Origin: an uncultured delta proteobacterium
Lineage (GTDB): Bacteria; Myxococcota_A; Polyangia; Polyangiales; Polyangiaceae
Length of the DNA: 64,000 nt
Reading direction: 5' to 3'
NCBI GenBank assembly: GCA_963806225.1
Contig: CAWDXG010000003.1
Span: 192,001 to 256,000, forward strand
Part shown: piece after piece, positions 9,897 to 19,500 of the stretch
How positions within the stretch are numbered: position 1 is the stretch's first letter
How the letters are laid out: each line of letters opens with the position of its first letter
Notes under the pieces: model-generated
Databases searched by the model: none
Told to the model about the DNA's origin: nothing
Seen by the model: only the letters and a program-made list of their open reading frames with translations
Position numbers and translations under genes: made by a program

Positions 9897-10678
9897 GCGA
9901 CGATCCGGGCGAGAACACGATGACCTTCTGGGAGCACCTCGAGGAGCTCCGCAGAAGGATCTTCAAGATGATGGCCGCGTTCGCGGTCGGTGCCGCCATC
10001 GGCTGGTTCTTCCGCGAGCGGCTGCTCGCGATCCTGACGGAGCCGTTCGTCCGCGCCTGGAAGAACGGCCACGTCGGCGGCACGGCCTCGCTGCACTTCC
10101 CTGCCCCGGCGGCGCTGTTCCTCGCCTACATCAAGCTGGCGCTCCTGGCCGGCTTCATCATGGCGCTGCCGATCATCCTCTACCAGGTGTGGGCCTTCGT
10201 CTCGCCGGGGCTGTATTCCAAGGAAAAGCGCTACGCGCTGCCGTTCGTGATCGTCTCGTGCAGTCTGTTCGCGCTGGGCGGCTACTTCGGCTGGCGCGTG
10301 GTCTTCCCCATCGGGTTCCAGTACCTGCTCGGCTTCAGCGGCCCGGTCGGCGCACAGGGTTTCCAGGTGCAGCCGACGGTGATGATCGGCGATTACATCC
10401 AGTTCGTCACGCAAATGCTGCTCGCATTCGGCTCCGTGTTCGAGCTGCCGGTGGTGGTGTTCTTCCTGTCGGTGGCGGGGCTCGTCAACCACCGCCATCT
10501 GATCAAGTTCGGTCGCTACTTCATCGTCATCGCGTTCGCACTGTCCGCGGTGCTCACGCCTCCCGACATCACCAGCCAGATCCTGCTCGCGGTGCCGCTG
10601 TGCGTGCTCTATCTGGTCTCGATCGGCATCGCCTACATCTTCGGCAAGAAGCCGGAGAAGAACACCGAGCCGACCTAG
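9893..10678 (+). CDS. tatC: Twin-arginine translocase subunit TatC
   Basis: MTFWEHLEELRRRI, YQVWAFVSPGLY, FELP and LTPPD motifs. Confidence 0.95.
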   Translation: MSDDPGENTMTFWEHLEELRRRIFKMMAAFAVGAAIGWFFRERLLAILTEPFVRAWKNGHVGGTASLHFPAPAALFLAYIKLALLAGFIMALPIILYQVWAFVSPGLYSKEKRYALPFVIVSCSLFALGGYFGWRVVFPIGFQYLLGFSGPVGAQGFQVQPTVMIGDYIQFVTQMLLAFGSVFELPVVVFFLSVAGLVNHRHLIKFGRYFIVIAFALSAVLTPPDITSQILLAVPLCVLYLVSIGIAYIFGKKPEKNTEPT

Positions 10679-10692
10679 CTGTCCGCAGCCGG

Positions 10693-10733
10693 AAGTGTAG
10701 CAACTTGCTACACTTTTGTGACATTTTGCTACA
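10693..10733. promoter_or_regulatory. Tandem palindromic sites (operator-like or bidirectional terminator)
   Basis: Perfect inverted repeat AAGTGTAGCAA-C-TTGCTACACTT (10693-10715) plus a degenerate copy TGTGACATTTTGCTACA (10717-10733), between convergent tatC and rlmH. Confidence 0.45.
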
Positions 10734-10736
10734 GTT

Positions 10737-11166
10737 CTAGCCTTCGCGGGCATACGGCTCGCCGCGCAGGATGGTCATGGCGCGGTAGAGCTGTTCGAAC
10801 AGCACGACGCGCGCGAGGCGATGCGGCAGCGTCATGCTGGAGAGGCTGAGCCGCTCGTCGGCGCGAGCGGAGAGCCGCGGCGGGAATGCCGTCGGCGGCG
10901 CCGATGACGAAGGCGATCACGCCCTTGCCGTCGCTGCCCCAGCGCTCGAGCCGGCGCGCGAAGGCCTCGCTGCCGAGCGCGCGGCCGTCGACCTCCAGCG
11001 CCACCACGCGCGCGCCGGCCGGCAGCGCGCGCTCGAGCGCCGCGGCATCTCGCACCTCGATCTCGTCGCAGCGCACGTAGCGCCCGATGCGCCGAGGTAG
11101 TCATCCGCGACGGAACGCAGCGCGCGCTCCTTGATGCGTCCGACGGCGACGACCGCGAGCTCTCAC
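10737..11166 (-). CDS. rlmH: 23S rRNA m3-pseudouridine1915 methyltransferase RlmH (frameshifted in this sequence)
   Basis: Joined frames give (M)..[57 protein letters not shown]. Directly downstream of rsfS. Confidence 0.85.
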
Positions 11167-11640
11167 GGCGTACCAGGCCGGCGTCAGGCGCCTGGCTCGG
11201 CTGTCTTCCGGCACCGGCACGCGCCGCGCGTCCATCCACAGCCCGTCGAGATCGTACAGGCCGCGCGATTCCTCCTGGAAGACGTGTACGACGACGTCGA
11301 CGAAGTCGATCAGCACCCAGTGCGCGGCGGGCAGCCCTTCCACCGAGATGGCGTTGACGCCGGCCTTGCCGAGCGCCTCGTCGACGGCGTCGGCGATGGC
11401 AGCGACATGGCGATCGCTCTGCCCGGTCATGAGCACGAGGAAGTCCGCGTAGTCGACCTTGCCGGTCACGTCGACGATCTCCACGCCAGTCGCCTTCTTG
11501 TCGAGCCCGGCCTTGGCGGCGGCGAGCGCGATGCGCTGCGCCTCCTTCGACGGGACTGGGCCTCGCGGCAGCGGCGGTTCTTGGCTCCTGCTTCTGGCGT
11601 TTCGGTTTGTCCGCAGCTTCGCCTGGTCTGTCGCGTCACT
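11163..11640 (-). CDS. rsfS: Ribosome silencing factor RsfS (ends approximate)
   Basis: LDKKATGVEIVDV...ADFLVLMTGQSDRHV...WVLIDFVDVVVHVFQEESRGLYDLDGLW. Confidence 0.9.
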
Positions 11641-11659
11641 GCCAGTGCTTCGGCATGCG

Positions 11660-12915
11660 TCAGCTCCGGATCTGCCCATCGCCCAGAACAATCCACTTCT
11701 CGGCGGTGAGGCTTTCAAGGCCCATGGGGCCGTAGGCGTGCAGCTTGAGGTCGAGATGCCGATCTCGGCCCCCAGCCCCAGCTGCGCGCCGTCGTTGAAG
11801 CGCTGGATGCATTGACCATGACGCAGCTGGCGTCCACTTCGGCGAGCCAGCGCTGCGCGCGCGGATAGCTCCCGGTGCAGATCACCTCGGTGTGGTTCGA
11901 GCCGTAGCGGGCGACGTGCTCGAGCGCGGCGTCGAGGTCGTCGACGACGCGCACGGCCAGGATCTTCGCCAGGAACTCGCTCGCCCCAGTCGTCGTCGGA
12001 CGCGGCGCGCGCGCTGGGCACGAGCTCGCACGGTGCGCGGGCAGCCGCGGATCTCGACGCCATCGGCCATCAGTGCCTCGCAGACCTCCGGCAGCAGGCG
12101 CGCGGCGTCGGCCTGGTGGACGAGCAGGCACTCGAGCGCGTTGCACACGCCGGGGCGCTGCACCTTGCCGTTGAGCGCGAGGCTCGGTGGCCATCGCCGC
12201 GTCGCAGCCCTGGTCGAGGTACAGGTGACAGACGCCCTTGTAGTGCTTGACGACAGGCACGCGGGCGTTCTCCGCGACGAAGCGGATCAGGCCCTCGCCC
12301 GCCCCGCGGGATCGCCAGGTCGATCGAGCTCGGAGAGGCCGAGCAGCTCGCGGATGCCCTCGCGATCGGTGGCAGGAACGATCTGCACGGCCTCGCGCGG
12401 CAGACCCGCTTCTTCCAGCGCCTCGCCGATCACGGCGCCCAGCACCTGGTTCGTGTCGGCCGCCTCCTTGCCGCCGCGCAGCAGCACTGCGTTGCCGGAC
12501 TTGATGCACAGCGCGGCGGCGTCGACCGTCACGTTCGGGCCGCGACTCGTAGATCATCGCGATCACGCCGAGCGGCAGGCGCTGGCGGCCGACGAGCAGG
12601 CCGCTGTCGAGCCGGCGCATGGGGCCGCGGCTGCCCACCGGATCGGGCAACGTGACGACGTGCTCGACGCCCGGCCGCGGTGGACTCGACCACCTTGGCC
12701 CCATGCCGAGCCGGTCGAGCATCGCGTCGGAGAGGCCGGCGGACCGCCCCCGCTCGAGGTCGCGGGCGTTGGCCTCGCCGATGCGCGGCGACGCTCGTCG
12801 CGCAGCCGCGCGGCGACCGCTGCGCAGCGCCGCTGTCCTTCGTTCCACGCCCGAGGCTCGCGAGGGCTCGAGACGCGCGGCGCGCACGCTCGGCCTGTTC
12901 GCGGACCGTGCTCAA
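11660..12915 (-). CDS. proA: Gamma-glutamyl phosphate reductase ProA (multiple frameshifts)
   Basis: Fragments across frames: [90 protein letters not shown]. Confidence 0.9.
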
Positions 12916-12992
12916 ACTCTCCAGCCTCCGTACTCGTCAGGGCCAACGCCCGAGCGTAGTCCCGGCTCCGGCTGCATTTCCAGGCGGCGCGC

Positions 12993-13631
12993 TCAGCGGC
13001 GCCGGGTGCTCGCCCAGGCCCTCTGGCCGGGAAGCTGTCGCCTGCCCTGCCTCGGCCGCCTCCAGCGCGGCTGCGTCGGCCAGAGCCGCATCGGGCGCCG
13101 GGCTGGCGGGTGCCGCATCGTCCTCTGCCCGGGGCGCAGCCTCCTCCGGCGTCCTCGTCGCCGGTTTCGTCGAGCCAGGCGCCCTCGTCCCAGCGTCTCG
13201 AACGGATCGACGGGCGCCGCGGCCTCCCAGGCGGGCAGCACCGGCTTCTCGTACTCCGGCGGCGGACCGGTGGGCCGCAGATGGCTGCCGGGCAGCCGGC
13301 ACCAGCAGGAACGCGCCCAGCGGCAACAGCCAGGCCGCTTTCACAGCGCCACCCCGGAGCCCTGCGGCGGCGCGAGCGTCGGCGGCGCCGCCGGGCTGCC
13401 CCGCTCGGGCGCCGGACATCGCCGGGTTCCTGCGAGGGCGGTGACCGCGGGGCGACGCGCTCCGGCGCGCTATCGAGCCCGCGCTGCACTGCGCGCCGAG
13501 CGCGCCGGGCGGAGCTGGCGGCAGCCCGGCGCTCGCGGTGCCGGGCGGCACCGCGATCCGGCGCGGGCCGTGGCAGCCAGCACCGAAGCAGCGCAAGCGA
13601 CGGCCACGACCATGCAGAGCGCCCGCTTCAT
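12993..13631 (-). CDS. Hypothetical secreted protein (frameshifted, end approximate)
   Basis: ATG 13631 overlaps the upstream stop; signal peptide MKRALCMVVAVACAASVLAATARA. Confidence 0.4.
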
Positions 13632-14667
13632 ATCCAGCGCTCCTCGTCGACGGCGTGCAGCGTCTGCTCGAGGTCGAAGCGCGGCTCGTAGCCGAGCACC
13701 TGCCGCGCGCGCGTGTCGTCGACCATGCACACGTAGCGGATGAAATCGAGCTCCGGCGCGGGAAACGACGTCATGCGCCAGCGCCACAGCCGCTCGATGC
13801 CGAGCTTGGCGACGGTGTGCGGCAACGGCAACGTCGGGCGGTCCAGGATGCGCAGCGCCTGCGACAGCGGCAGCGGCGGCGGACCGCCGACGTTGAAGAT
13901 GCCGCGCACGCCGGGGCGGAGCGCCAGCCGGATGGCGTGCACCAGGTCGTCCTGGTGCACGCACTGGATCATCGGGTCGAAGCCCATCAGCGTCGGCACG
14001 ACCTTGAGCCTGAGGTAGTTGCTCGGGCGCGTTGTGCACCGTGCCGAGGATGTGCGTCGGCCGCAGGATGACCGTCTCGGTGCGCGGATGCTTCCAGAAG
14101 AACGACTGCGTGAGCATGTCGAGGTTGACCAGGTCGCGCATGTCGCTGAACGCGCCCGCGCCGAGCAGCGGTGCGTCCTCGGTGAGGAACTGCGCGTTGT
14201 CCGGGCGCGGCCCGTAGACGTTGGCGCTGGAGACGAGCACCAGCTTCGGCACGTCGTACTGCTGCACGTACTCGAGCAGCCTCTGGAACGCCGACGACGT
14301 TCCAGGTGTGGTGCTCCTCGTGGCTGTCGCGCGGGTTGTGCATCACGCCGAGGTGCACCAGCGCGCCGATGTCGCGGTGCCGGAACAGATCGCGGGCCTT
14401 CTTGCGGCGGATGTCGATGGCGAAGTGCTCGATGTCCTTGGGGCGGTCGGGAAACTGCCGGCGATCGAGCCCGATCACCGGGCGCTCGCGATGCAGCGCG
14501 CGCCCCAGCCGCCGGCCCAGCCGCCCGCAGATGCCCGTGATCACCACCCCGCCGTGCTCGATGCGATCCGCCGTCTGCCCGGGCACGTCCGCGAACGCCG
14601 CGGGCGCTGGCGCCGCTCGTCGCGCTGCCCGCCGCTCGCTCCGCGCTCCCGTCCTTCGCGCGCTCAA
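13628..14667 (-). CDS. NAD-dependent epimerase/dehydratase (extended SDR), frameshifted
   Basis: VVITGICGRLG Rossmann motif, LVHLG, LVLVSSANVYG, ILRPTHILG, QCVHQDD, DTRARQVLGYEPRF. Confidence 0.85.
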
Positions 14668-15593
14668 AAGAAGACGCCCTTCCGTTCCTTGAGGCCGCGA
14701 TTGAGCATGCTCTGGATGGTCTGCTTGACGACCCAGACCTTCTCCTCGATCACCACGTCGTCGTCGTCCGGATCGCCCGAGAATCGCATCGGCTCGCCGA
14801 AGTAGAGCCGGTACTTCGTCGGCAGCGGCATCTGCCCGCCGGGAACGAACAGCTGCGGCATCACGGGGAACACGGGCATGCCGAGCGCGCGCGCCGCCCA
14901 GCGCAGGTTGCCGACGTTGATGTACTGCTCCTCGGCGCCGATCACCGCCACGGGCACGATCGGCGTGTCGGTCTCGATCGCCAGGCGCATGAAGCCCAGA
15001 CCGAACTCCTCGAGCTGGTAGCGGCGTGCGAACGGCTTGGAGATGCCGCGCGTTCCTTCGGGAAAGACGAGCAGCACCTCGCCCATCTCGAGCAGCCGCC
15101 GCGCGTTCTCGGGAACGCCGACGACCTGCCCGACGCGACTGAAGAACGTCGACACGAAGGGCAGCGAGTGCGCCCACTTCTCGACCATCGCGCGGATCAT
15201 CCGCGGCGGCTCGCCGTCGAGGAACATGGCGCTGCCGATGATCAGCGCCGTCGAGCGGCACCTGGCCGGAATGATTCGCGATAAGCAGCACGCGGCCCTC
15301 GGGCACGTTCTCGATGCCGTGCACCTCGGAGCGGAAGTACATGCGGTGGAAGAAGGCGCACACCATGACCGCGTACTTCGCCGTGTCCGGGATCGAGCCC
15401 GAACGGGTCGCCCCCGACCCCCGAGTAGCGCTCCTTGAGGCGGCGCACGCGATCGTCGAAATTCGGGCCCGAGCATCCTGAGAGCGAGCTCGTCGGCCGA
15501 ACGGCGGGCCCCGGCCATCACGCGCTGCGCGAACGGGATCACGTCATTGGCCGCGACGTCGGTCAGTCGGGCCAGGGCGGTACGGCTGTCCAT
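14664..15593 (-). CDS. Lysophospholipid acyltransferase (PlsC family), frameshifted
   Basis: LLIANHSGQVPLD (HxxxxD-type), LLVFPEGTRG and PIVPVAVIG. Confidence 0.85.
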   Translation of the reverse strand: MDSRTALARLTDVAANDVIPFAQRVMAGARRSADELALRMLGPEFRRSRAPPQGALLGGRGRPVRARSRTRRSTRSWCAPSSTACTSAPRCTASRTCPRAACCLSRIIPARCRSTALIIGSAMFLDGEPPRMIRAMVEKWAHSLPFVSTFFSRVGQVVGVPENARRLLEMGEVLLVFPEGTRGISKPFARRYQLEEFGLGFMRLAIETDTPIVPVAVIGAEEQYINVGNLRWAARALGMPVFPVMPQLFVPGGQMPLPTKYRLYFGEPMRFSGDPDDDDVVIEEKVWVVKQTIQSMLNRGLKERKGVFF

Positions 15594-15685
15594 CGCGCCC
15601 CACTGTAGATGGGACGACTGGCCGACGCCACACGGGTCCGACGCGGCGCTTGACGAGGGCCGGATCCGGCCCCGACGATGCGTGC

Positions 15686-16566
15686 GTGATCGTTCCCGAG
15701 CGGCTCCGGCCAGGTGACCGCGTCCGGCTCGTGGCCCCCTCCGGGCCCGTTCGACCGCACGCTGCTCCTGCGCGGAGCTGGCTGGCTCGGCGAGCGCTAC
15801 CGGGTGCAGGTCGACTGGAGGCTGTTCGAGCGCTCGGGCTATCTCGCGGGCAGCGACGAGCGGCGGCGCGAGGAGCTCGAGCGGGCGCTCGTCCGAGCCG
15901 GGCATCCGCGCCGTGATCGCAGCTCGCGGTGGCTACGGGCTGAGCCGCATCGCGCACCAGGTCGACTGGGCGGCGCTCCGACGTTCGCCGCGCTGGCTGG
16001 TGGGCTTCTCCGACATCACGGTGGCGCACGTTGAAGCAGCGCGAGTCGGGGTGGCGAGTCTGCACGCACACAACCTGGCTCTGCTCGGCCGCGGCGATGC
16101 CCCGATCCGCGCGCGCTGGCTCGCCGCGCTGGAAGAGCCAACGGCGCCGCGGCGCTTCGAGGGTCTCGAGAGCTGGAATGCGGGCCGCGCGCGGGGTCCG
16201 CTTTTCGGCGGCAACCTGGCGATGTTGTTCACGTGTGCCGCGGCGGGGCGGCTCTTCGTGCCCGAGGGCGCAATCCTGGCGCTCGAGGACGTGACCGAGA
16301 GCTCGTACCGCCTCGACCGGATGCTGACGGCGCTGGCGGTCTCGGGCGCCTTCGATCGCGTCGCCGCCGTCGTGGTGGGCGAGCTGACCGACTGCCCCGC
16401 GGGTCCCTGGGGCGTCGCCGCGCGGGACGCTGTGCGGCAAAGCCTGGCCGGGCTGCGCGTACCGGTGATCGCCGGGCTTGCCTTCGGTCACTGCCGCTGG
16501 AACGAGCCGCTGCACTTCGGGCTCGAAGCCGAAGTCGATGCGGGCGCTGGCGTGCTGGAGATCTAA
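15686..16566 (+). CDS. LD-carboxypeptidase (peptidase S66), frameshifted
   Basis: PERLRPGDRVRLVAPSGP, YLAGSDERR, ARGGYG, GFSDIT, GGNL, LEDV and FGH motifs. Confidence 0.88.
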
Positions 16567-19500
16567 TCCTCGAGCAGCTCGTCCTCGTCGACGATGAGCT
16601 CTTCCTCGTCGACCGCGACGGATTCCGCGTCCTCGCCCACGGCAGGACCGGTCACGTCGGTGGTGTCGGTGGTGTCGAACGCCGCCGCGCCGGCAGCTGC
16701 GGCCGTGGCAACCGGCGGAGGCGGCGGCGGTGGCGGCGGATGCGCCGAACGCGACGACGGTGGCGGGGGCGGCGCCGAACGCGGCGGGGGATGTGCCGAG
16801 CGCGACGGCGGTGGCGGCGGTGCCGAACGGGCCGGCGGCGGGGGCGGCGCCGAGCCTGGCGGCGGGCCCGGCTCGGAGCCGGAGCTGTCCATCTCTTCCA
16901 TCTCGGCCGACAGCGTCACCTCGTCCTGAGCGGGGAAGCCCAGATCAGGGCGCTCGGGCTTGTCGTGCGCAATGAGCTCGTCCAACGCCGCGTTCGCCTC
17001 GTCCACCGCGCCGCCCTGGGCCGACGCGTCCGGCGGAATCGTGGGCTGGTCCTCGTCCTCGTCGCCACCGGCCGCATCGACGGCCTCGGCCCCGGGCTCC
17101 GGCGCCGGCGCCGCGTCTTCGGCTGTCGCGAGAACAGCCTCGGCGGGCGGTGGCTCGGGCTTCGGCGGCGGCTCCGGCTCCGGCTCGGGCTCGCTCTTCT
17201 TCTTGAGCATGTTGGCCTTCGCCCGCTCCAGACCCTCCGTCGCTTCAGGGTCGCCGCTCTTCATGCGCAGCACGCGTCGCCAGGCGTCGGCGGCCTCCCG
17301 CGGATCGTCGAGCTTCTCTTCCCAGAGCCGCGCCACCTTGCGCGCCAGCTCGGCGCGCGAGCCCGCATCCTTGCCGCGCAGGATCTGGTCCTCGTACAGC
17401 TGCACCATTCCGCGCCAGTCCTGAAGCTCGGTGTACAGCGCCGACAGCTGCTCCATCACGTCGGTGTCCGAGGGGGACAGATCGTGCAGCCGCTTCAGAT
17501 CGCCAGCTGCACCGACCTTGTCGTCGAGCCGATCCCGGCGCAGGCTAGCCCGACGCGCCAGCAGCTTGCGCACCAGCGGCCCGTCGAAGACTTCTTCCAG
17601 CGCCCGGCCGAGCACCGTCTCGGCACGCCTGGGGTCGCCGACCTCCTCCGCCAGCCCCGTGAGCGCATCGAGACCCTCGTCGTCGACGTGCGTGACCAGC
17701 GAGTCGCCCAGCCACTGGAAGGCCTTGTCGACATCTTCCAGATCCCGGTACGCGAGCATCGCCGCCCGCCTGAGGAACGCGCTACGGGTGCGGCCGCCAT
17801 CGCGGGATCCCGTCCCTCCCGCGGCCAACGCCTCGGCGAGCGTGCGGCGCAGCCTCGCGTCGCCCACCGCATCGTCCGACGCGTGCGCCATCTCCTGCAG
17901 CTTCTCGAGCGTGTCGTCCTGCACGCCGCCGCCCAGCGCGATATCGAAGAAATTGCGGGCGCGGTCCAGCGCGCCGTGCTCGGCCGCCACCTGCGCGGCG
18001 CGCGCCAGCGCGTTCAACCGATCGGGCGGAGCCTTGCAGCGCGTCACCTGCCGTTCGTAGAGATCGATGACCTGGCCCGGATCGGCCGCGAGCTTGCTCA
18101 AGCGCTCGAGCAGCGGATCGACCTCGTCGGGTGACACGCTGGTCAGCGCCTGCTCGCCGTGCTGCATGGCTTCCGGAGGCGCGACGCCCGCGGACAGCAG
18201 CACCTCGGCCTGGCGCACCATCTCCTCGGCCCGCGGCGGGCCGCTCAGATCCTCGACCATCAGGTCGTGCGCCACGCCGAGCGCGTCGAGGTCCTTGAGC
18301 TTGACCGCGACGTCCTCCAGCTGCTTGGCCAGCTCCGCGTCGGCGCCGCGCGTGCGCGCCAGCTCCTTGGCGATGTTCGCAGCGTCGGCCTCGCGCCCCA
18401 CTTCGAGGAAGCGGTCGAACGCACCGCGCAGCGCTTCGTTGCGCGGCGGCCCGACGGGAGATTCCAGGTACCACTCGACCAGCTTGGTCGCGACGATGCC
18501 CTTCCACCCGAGCTTGTCGCCCAGCTCGACGTAGTCCTTGCGGCATTCGTCGTCGCCGGTGTCGGCCACGGACATGAGAGCGGCGAGGGCCTCGTCCCCC
18601 TTGTCGAGCTTCTCGTGCAGGATGCCCGCCAACTTGCGGGTCATCCGGCCGACCTCCGCCTCGTCACCTTCGATGGAGACGAGCGCCGCCGTGTGATCGG
18701 CAACGCGCTCCCAGTCCTCGACGGCCTCGGCCAGATCGCACAGGCGCTGCAGGGCGTCGAAGTCCTCTTCATCCAGCTCGCGCACGATGTCGAGCACGCG
18801 AATCGCCGCGCGCTTGTCGTCGAGCGGACCTTCGTAGAGCTGTGCCAGGCGCTGTGCGATATCGAGCCGGGCCTGGCGCTCCTCGATGACCTTCAGATGG
18901 CGCTCGAGCGCTTCGGCAGTGCCCTTGAGGTTGTTGTTCTTCTCGTGCAGGTCCGCGACAGCGGAGAGCGCCTCTTCGTTCTTCGGATCCAGCTCCTTGA
19001 GCACGAGCTCGTAGCGCTCGATCGCGCCTTCGGCGTCGTCGAGCCCTGCGGCGACCATGCGCGCCTCGCGCAGCACGACCTCGGCCTTCTGCGCGCGGTC
19101 GCTGATCGTCTTCGACAACCGGTGCAGGAAGCCGACGGCGTCGCCGAACTCGGTGCGCTGCTCCGCGTCGTCGGCGAGCAACGACAGCGCCTCGGCGTCG
19201 TCGCCGTCGGCCAGCACCTGCTGCAGGCTCTCGCGCGCGGCGTCGGGGTTGCCCAGCACGTCGCGCTGCAGCTCGGCGGCGCGCTTGCGCAGTGACACGC
19301 GCGCGTCCTTGTCCTTCAGCTTGTCCGCGCGGCGCAGCAGGAACGCTGCCAGGTCCTCCGTGCGGCTTGCGAGGTTGTAGCGCTCTTCCAGCGCCGCGGC
19401 GTACTCGTCGTTCACCGGGTCGAGATCGGTCGCCTGCTCCAACCGGAGCACAGCGCTCGACTCGTCGCCGGCACGTCCGAGGTAGTCGGCTTCTGTCGCG

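Noticed and set aside
10737..15913. rlmH, rsfS, proA, epimerase, acyltransferase and LD-carboxypeptidase as pseudogenes or programmed frameshifts
   Set aside because: Indels are dense and regional while the motifs stay intact. Similar breaks occur in pyrF and essential leuS. Long-read consensus error is the simplest explanation.
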